Assembly (NCBI RefSeq): GCF_000009045.1 | Contig: NC_000964.3 | Location: forward strand, 420,001-452,000 | DNA from: Bacillus subtilis subsp. subtilis str. 168 | Lineage (GTDB): Bacteria > Bacillota > Bacilli > Bacillales > Bacillaceae | Length of the DNA: 32,000 nucleotides | Reading direction: 5' to 3' | Part shown: in pieces, positions 28,461 through 32,000 of the stretch | Layout of the letters: every line of letters begins with the position of its first letter | How positions within the stretch are numbered: the first letter of the stretch is position 1 | Position numbers and translations under genes: made by a program | Notes under the pieces: generated by a model | What the model saw: only the letters and a program-made list of their open reading frames with translations | Database searches by the model: none | Told to the model about the DNA's origin: nothing

Positions 28461-29033
28461 TTATTTCTTGGTGCAGGTGCAGCGTTTCTTTCGGTCTTGA
28501 AGCATGTCTTCCAGCGCTTGGTCGAAAGTGCAGACGGCTCCGCCGAATCCTTTTTGAAATCGTTCGGCATGGTCAAGTGTCGCAAACGGAATGGCCTGCG
28601 GCTGGCAGCAGTGCAGGTTTAATTCAGCATTTACGACGAAATAAGCCGAACCGGCACTGACGGTTGTCTGTAACAGAAAATCTCTGCAAATCAAGTGTGA
28701 AACCTCTTCCGTTTTATCCGCGTAACGCAAAAACGCGCAATGTGCGCAGCATAGCTGTTCAATGTCTTGGTTTACCGTAATCAGCTGAACCGAATGAGCT
28801 TGATTGACGGGCTTCAAGCAATAGCTGCACATATGATCTGTTTGAGGTGTTCGGACGGGGAGCGTGATGCCGCCGGCCGTTTTAATGACCTGATTTGACT
28901 GAACCAGCTGATTGACATCTCTATATACCGTCATTTCCGAAACGCCGAACCTTGCGCTGATGTCAGAAATTCTAAGCGAGCCTTCTTCTTTCAGCCACTT
29001 CAGTATGTGTTGCTGTCTATTAATCGGAAGCAT
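28461..29033 (-). CDS. ycnK: Copper-responsive DeoR-type repressor with a Cys-rich C-terminal domain
   Basis: 190-aa ORF with an N-terminal DeoR HTH (RQQHILKWLKEEGSLRISDISARFGVSEMTVYRDVNQL). The C-terminal half contains CxxC, CCxxC, CC and CxC clusters. It is the first gene of ycnKJI. Confidence 0.9.
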   Translation of the reverse strand: MLPINRQQHILKWLKEEGSLRISDISARFGVSEMTVYRDVNQLVQSNQVIKTAGGITLPVRTPQTDHMCSYCLKPVNQAHSVQLITVNQDIEQLCCAHCAFLRYADKTEEVSHLICRDFLLQTTVSAGSAYFVVNAELNLHCCQPQAIPFATLDHAERFQKGFGGAVCTFDQALEDMLQDRKKRCTCTKK

Positions 29034-29107
29034 TCATACACCCTCTTCATTAAGATCTATTTAAGCGTAGAGGATTTTAGAGACGGAGACAAGTAAGTGG
29101 ATGATAA

Positions 29108-29123
29108 AAAATGTGAAAATGTG
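29108..29123. promoter_or_regulatory. Tandem 8-bp direct repeat in the ycnK-ycnL intergenic region (candidate DeoR-type operator)
   Basis: AAAATGTG (29108..29115) is immediately repeated at 29116..29123. It lies 75-90 nt upstream of the ycnK start on the opposite strand. Confidence 0.35.
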
Positions 29124-29156
29124 TTGAACAGCAACAAAACGAAACAGAAGGGACTC

Positions 29157-29165
29157 TGGTATAAT
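29157..29165 (+). promoter_or_regulatory. Candidate extended -10 promoter element for ycnL
   Basis: TGgTATAAT lies 33 nt upstream of the ycnL ATG. There is no good -35 hexamer. Confidence 0.4.
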
Positions 29166-29197
29166 AGACAGATGGAATAGAAAGTGAGGAATACCCT

Positions 29198-29551
29198 ATG
29201 AAAGAAACACCATGCCCGAACTGCGGCAAACCTTTGACAGGCGATATGGTCAGATCATCAAATGTGCCTTGTCAATTTCGCTGCGGCCACTGCCGGGAAC
29301 GGCTTTATGAATATAAAGTTTCAGCTCCGATTATGCTGGTATCATTAGCGGCCATCGTGCTGCTTATTTATCTTTTGATGCTCCTCCGCAATGCGGCAGG
29401 CTCAGTGCTGCCAGCTGTACAGCACGTGCCGATGGCTGTATTTGCGCTTGTGTGCGCGTATCCCGTTTTTATTGTGAGTGAGCGGATGATTGCAAAGTAC
29501 GTGATTCAAAATGGCAACATCATTTATAGAGGAAAGAGAAAAGGCTCCTGA
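29198..29551 (+). CDS. ycnL: Small membrane protein with an N-terminal 4-Cys zinc-ribbon-like motif
   Basis: 117-aa ORF. SD GTGAGGA lies 7 nt upstream. CPNC...(18 aa)...CGHC is followed by two hydrophobic helices. The stop codon lies inside the terminator stem. Confidence 0.85.
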   Translation: MKETPCPNCGKPLTGDMVRSSNVPCQFRCGHCRERLYEYKVSAPIMLVSLAAIVLLIYLLMLLRNAAGSVLPAVQHVPMAVFALVCAYPVFIVSERMIAKYVIQNGNIIYRGKRKGS

Positions 29552-29575
29552 AACCAGGAGCCTTTTTATTTTTAA
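29543..29575 (+). terminator. Intrinsic terminator after ycnL
   Basis: GGCTCCTG AAAC CAGGAGCC followed by TTTTTATTTTT. Confidence 0.88.
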
Positions 29576-29579
29576 AAAA

Positions 29580-29645
29580 TTGTCACAGTCATGTGCCAAA
29601 GTCCTCTTTACTTTCAATTGTATAGGGACTGTAAGCGTTTTAACA
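29580..29645 (+). promoter_or_regulatory. mtlA control region: MtlR-type palindrome, weak promoter, cre-like box
   Basis: TTGTCACA-GTCA-TGTGCCAA (29580..29599) has 7/8 complementary arms and abuts a poor -35. The -10 is TATAGG (29621..29626). TGTAAGCGTTTTAACA (29630..29645) resembles the cre consensus TGWAANCGNTNWCA with one deviation. Confidence 0.55.
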
Positions 29646-29723
29646 TAGAGTCAAAGGGAAGCATCATTCTCTGAACATATTTTTGTATCTTACAGCGACA
29701 AACAAAACAGGGAGGGTTTATAT

Positions 29724-31160
29724 ATGCAGCAGCAAGAACAGCAGCAAGGCGGCATGAAAGTGAAAGTGCAACGCTTTGGGAGTTATTTGAGCGGAATGAT
29801 CATGCCGAATATCGGCGCGTTTATCGCGTGGGGTATCATTACCGCGCTGTTTATTCCGGCAGGATGGTTTCCGAATGAACAGCTGAACACGCTGGTCAGC
29901 CCGATGATTACGTATTTATTGCCGCTTTTGATAGCGTATACAGGCGGAAAAATGATCTACGACCACCGCGGCGGAGTTGTCGGAGCGACAGCGGCAATTG
30001 GGGTGATTGTAGGATCGGATATTCCAATGTTTTTAGGCGCAATGATTATGGGTCCGCTTGGCGGATACCTCATTAAACAGACTGATAAATTATTCAAGGA
30101 TAAAGTCAAGCAAGGCTTTGAAATGCTGATCAACAACTTTACGGCAGGGATTGTCGGCGCGGCTTTAACGATTCTCGCGTTTTACGCCATCGGCCCGGTT
30201 GTCTTGACGCTAAATAAATTGCTGGCGGCTGGTGTGGAAGTCATTGTACACGCTAATTTACTGCCGGTAGCCAGTGTTTTTGTAGAACCGGCGAAAGTGT
30301 TGTTCCTTAACAACGCCATAAACCATGGAATCTTAAGCCCGATCGGAATCGAGCAAGCATCTCAAACAGGAAAATCAATTCTGTTTTTAGTAGAAGCAAA
30401 CCCTGGACCGGGGCTCGGCATTTTGCTGGCCTACATGTTCTTTGGCAAAGGATCTTCAAAATCAACGGCTCCCGGTGCGGCGATCATCCATTTCTTCGGA
30501 GGGATTCACGAGATTTACTTCCCGTACATTCTGATGAAACCGGCCCTGATTCTCGCAGCCATTGCCGGCGGAGCAAGCGGACTCTTAACATTTACGATCT
30601 TTAATGCCGGACTTGTCGCGGCAGCGTCACCGGGAAGCATTATCGCATTGATGGCAATGACGCCAAGAGGAGGCTATTTCGGCGTATTGGCGGGTGTATT
30701 GGTCGCTGCAGCTGTATCGTTCATCGTTTCAGCAGTGATCCTGAAATCCTCTAAAGCTAGTGAAGAAGACCTGGCTGCCGCAACAGAAAAAATGCAGTCC
30801 ATGAAGGGGAAGAAAAGCCAAGCAGCAGCTGCTTTAGAGGCGGAACAAGCCAAAGCAGAAGAAGCGTCTGAGCTGTCTCCTGAAAGCGTGAACAAAATTA
30901 TCTTTGCGTGTGATGCGGGAATGGGATCAAGTGCCATGGGGGCATCCATCTTAAGAAACAAAGTGAAAAAAGCGGAGCTTGACATCAGTGTGACCAACAC
31001 GGCCATTAACAATCTGCCAAGCGATGCGGATATTGTCATCACCCACAAAGATTTAACAGACCGCGCGAAAGCAAAGCTGCCGAACGCGACGCACATATCA
31101 GTGGATAACTTCTTAAACAGCCCGAAATACGACGAGCTGATTGAAAAGCTGAAAAAGTAA
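29724..31160 (+). CDS. mtlA: PTS mannitol-specific EIICB component
   Basis: 478-aa ORF. SD GGAGGG lies 7 nt upstream. It has a polytopic EIIC domain, an Ala/Glu-rich linker, and an EIIB domain with the phospho-Cys motif IIFACDAGMGSSAM. Confidence 0.93.
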   Translation: MQQQEQQQGGMKVKVQRFGSYLSGMIMPNIGAFIAWGIITALFIPAGWFPNEQLNTLVSPMITYLLPLLIAYTGGKMIYDHRGGVVGATAAIGVIVGSDIPMFLGAMIMGPLGGYLIKQTDKLFKDKVKQGFEMLINNFTAGIVGAALTILAFYAIGPVVLTLNKLLAAGVEVIVHANLLPVASVFVEPAKVLFLNNAINHGILSPIGIEQASQTGKSILFLVEANPGPGLGILLAYMFFGKGSSKSTAPGAAIIHFFGGIHEIYFPYILMKPALILAAIAGGASGLLTFTIFNAGLVAAASPGSIIALMAMTPRGGYFGVLAGVLVAAAVSFIVSAVILKSSKASEEDLAAATEKMQSMKGKKSQAAAALEAEQAKAEEASELSPESVNKIIFACDAGMGSSAMGASILRNKVKKAELDISVTNTAINNLPSDADIVITHKDLTDRAKAKLPNATHISVDNFLNSPKYDELIEKLKK

Positions 31161-31184
31161 TCTTATAGAAAGAGAGTGATTGTC

Positions 31185-31616
31185 ATGCAAGTACTCGCAA
31201 AGGAAAACATTAAACTCAATCAAACGGTATCATCAAAAGAAGAGGCTATCAAATTGGCAGGCCAGACGCTGATTGACAACGGCTACGTGACAGAGGATTA
31301 CATTAGCAAAATGTTTGAACGTGAAGAAACGTCTTCTACGTTTATGGGGAATTTCATTGCCATTCCACACGGCACAGAAGAAGCGAAAAGCGAGGTGCTT
31401 CACTCAGGAATTTCAATCATACAGATTCCAGAGGGCGTTGAGTACGGAGAAGGCAACACGGCAAAAGTGGTATTCGGCATTGCGGGTAAAAATAATGAGC
31501 ATTTAGACATTTTGTCTAACATCGCCATTATCTGTTCAGAAGAAGAAAACATTGAACGCCTGATCTCCGCTAAAAGCGAAGAAGATTTGATCGCCATTTT
31601 CAACGAGGTGAACTGA
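31185..31616 (+). CDS. mtlF: PTS mannitol-specific EIIA component
   Basis: The track ORF starts at 31176. The ATG at 31185 after SD AAGAGAGTG gives MQVLAKENIKLNQ... (143 aa), with the phospho-His motif IAIPHGT. Confidence 0.9.
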   Translation: MQVLAKENIKLNQTVSSKEEAIKLAGQTLIDNGYVTEDYISKMFEREETSSTFMGNFIAIPHGTEEAKSEVLHSGISIIQIPEGVEYGEGNTAKVVFGIAGKNNEHLDILSNIAIICSEEENIERLISAKSEEDLIAIFNEVN

Positions 31617-31617
31617 C

Positions 31618-32000
31618 ATGATCGCCTTACATTTCGGTGCGGGAAATATCGGGAGAGGATTTATCGGCGCGCTGCTTCACCACTCCGGCTATGATGTGGT
31701 GTTTGCGGATGTGAACGAAACGATGGTCAGCCTCCTCAATGAAAAAAAAGAATACACAGTGGAACTGGCGGAAGAGGGACGTTCATCGGAGATCATTGGC
31801 CCGGTGAGCGCTATTAACAGCGGCAGTCAGACCGAGGAGCTGTACCGGCTGATGAATGAGGCGGCGCTCATCACAACAGCTGTCGGCCCGAATGTGCTGA
31901 AGCTGATTGCCCCGTCTATCGCAGAAGGTTTAAGACGAAGAAATACTGCAAACACACTGAATATCATTGCCTGCGAAAATATGATTGGCGGAAGCAGCTT
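31618..32000 (+). CDS. mtlD: Mannitol-1-phosphate 5-dehydrogenase (5' part; truncated by the window end)
   Basis: Not in the ORF track because there is no stop within the window. The ATG at 31618 lies 2 nt after the mtlF stop, with SD GAGGTGA upstream. Translation is MIALHFGAGNIGRGFIGALLHHSGYDVVFADVNE..., a Rossmann GAGNIGRGF motif. The frame stays open to 32000. Confidence 0.9.
   Translation, partial: MIALHFGAGNIGRGFIGALLHHSGYDVVFADVNETMVSLLNEKKEYTVELAEEGRSSEIIGPVSAINSGSQTEELYRLMNEAALITTAVGPNVLKLIAPSIAEGLRRRNTANTLNIIACENMIGGSS

Noticed and set aside
28355-28660. 101-aa and 73-aa plus-strand ORFs across the ycnJ start and ycnK end
   Set aside because: They are antisense to two recognised genes and their junction. 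They have no translation signals and give Cys/Arg-rich nonsense-like products.
29034-29197. CsoR-type operator (GC-rich pseudo-palindrome such as TACCC-N-GGGTA) in the ycnK-ycnL intergenic region
   Set aside because: I saw only GGTAT (29158..) and ATACC (29191..) about 28 nt apart, which does not fit the compact CsoR operator geometry. I cannot support a call without a matrix scan.

Overview
This window reads as a dense low-GC Firmicute chromosomal segment. From the gene order and protein sequences I recognise it as Bacillus subtilis 168-type. The order is gerKA-gerKC-gerKB, yclH-yclI (minus) divergent from yclJ-yclK, rapC-phrC, yczM-yczN, yclM (aspartokinase III, also thrD), yclNOPQ, ycnB-ycnC, ycnD-ycnE divergent from yczG, gabR divergent from gabT-gabD, glcU-gdh, ycnI-ycnJ-ycnK divergent from ycnL, then mtlA-mtlF and the 5' part of mtlD. 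I call 33 protein-coding genes. Two are micro-genes absent from the ORF track (yczM, yczN). One is nested in a longer track ORF (phrC). One is truncated by the window edge (mtlD). Several track ORFs are over-extended at the N-terminus, and I re-set those starts using Shine-Dalgarno (SD) spacing. I also call 11 intrinsic terminators and a set of promoter and operator candidates read directly from the sequence. I see no rRNA, tRNA, CRISPR array, transposase, integrase or prophage signature, and no obvious compositional island. I do not see a convincing wholly new multi-gene system; this looks like an ordinary, largely characterised core-genome region. The parts least explained by the annotation are these: (1) the tandem tiny-transmembrane (TM) peptide genes yczM/yczN; (2) the function-unknown MacB/FtsX-type ABC transporter yclHI paired with the two-component system yclJK, with direct repeats in the shared control region; (3) the zinc-ribbon membrane protein YcnL, divergent from the copper-uptake operon ycnKJI; (4) the ycnED/yczG redox-type module, with a candidate operator and an SD-less regulator gene; and (5) GC-rich inverted sequence blocks bracketing yclHI. 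All identifications come from reading the sequence and from memory of the families. No database search was run.
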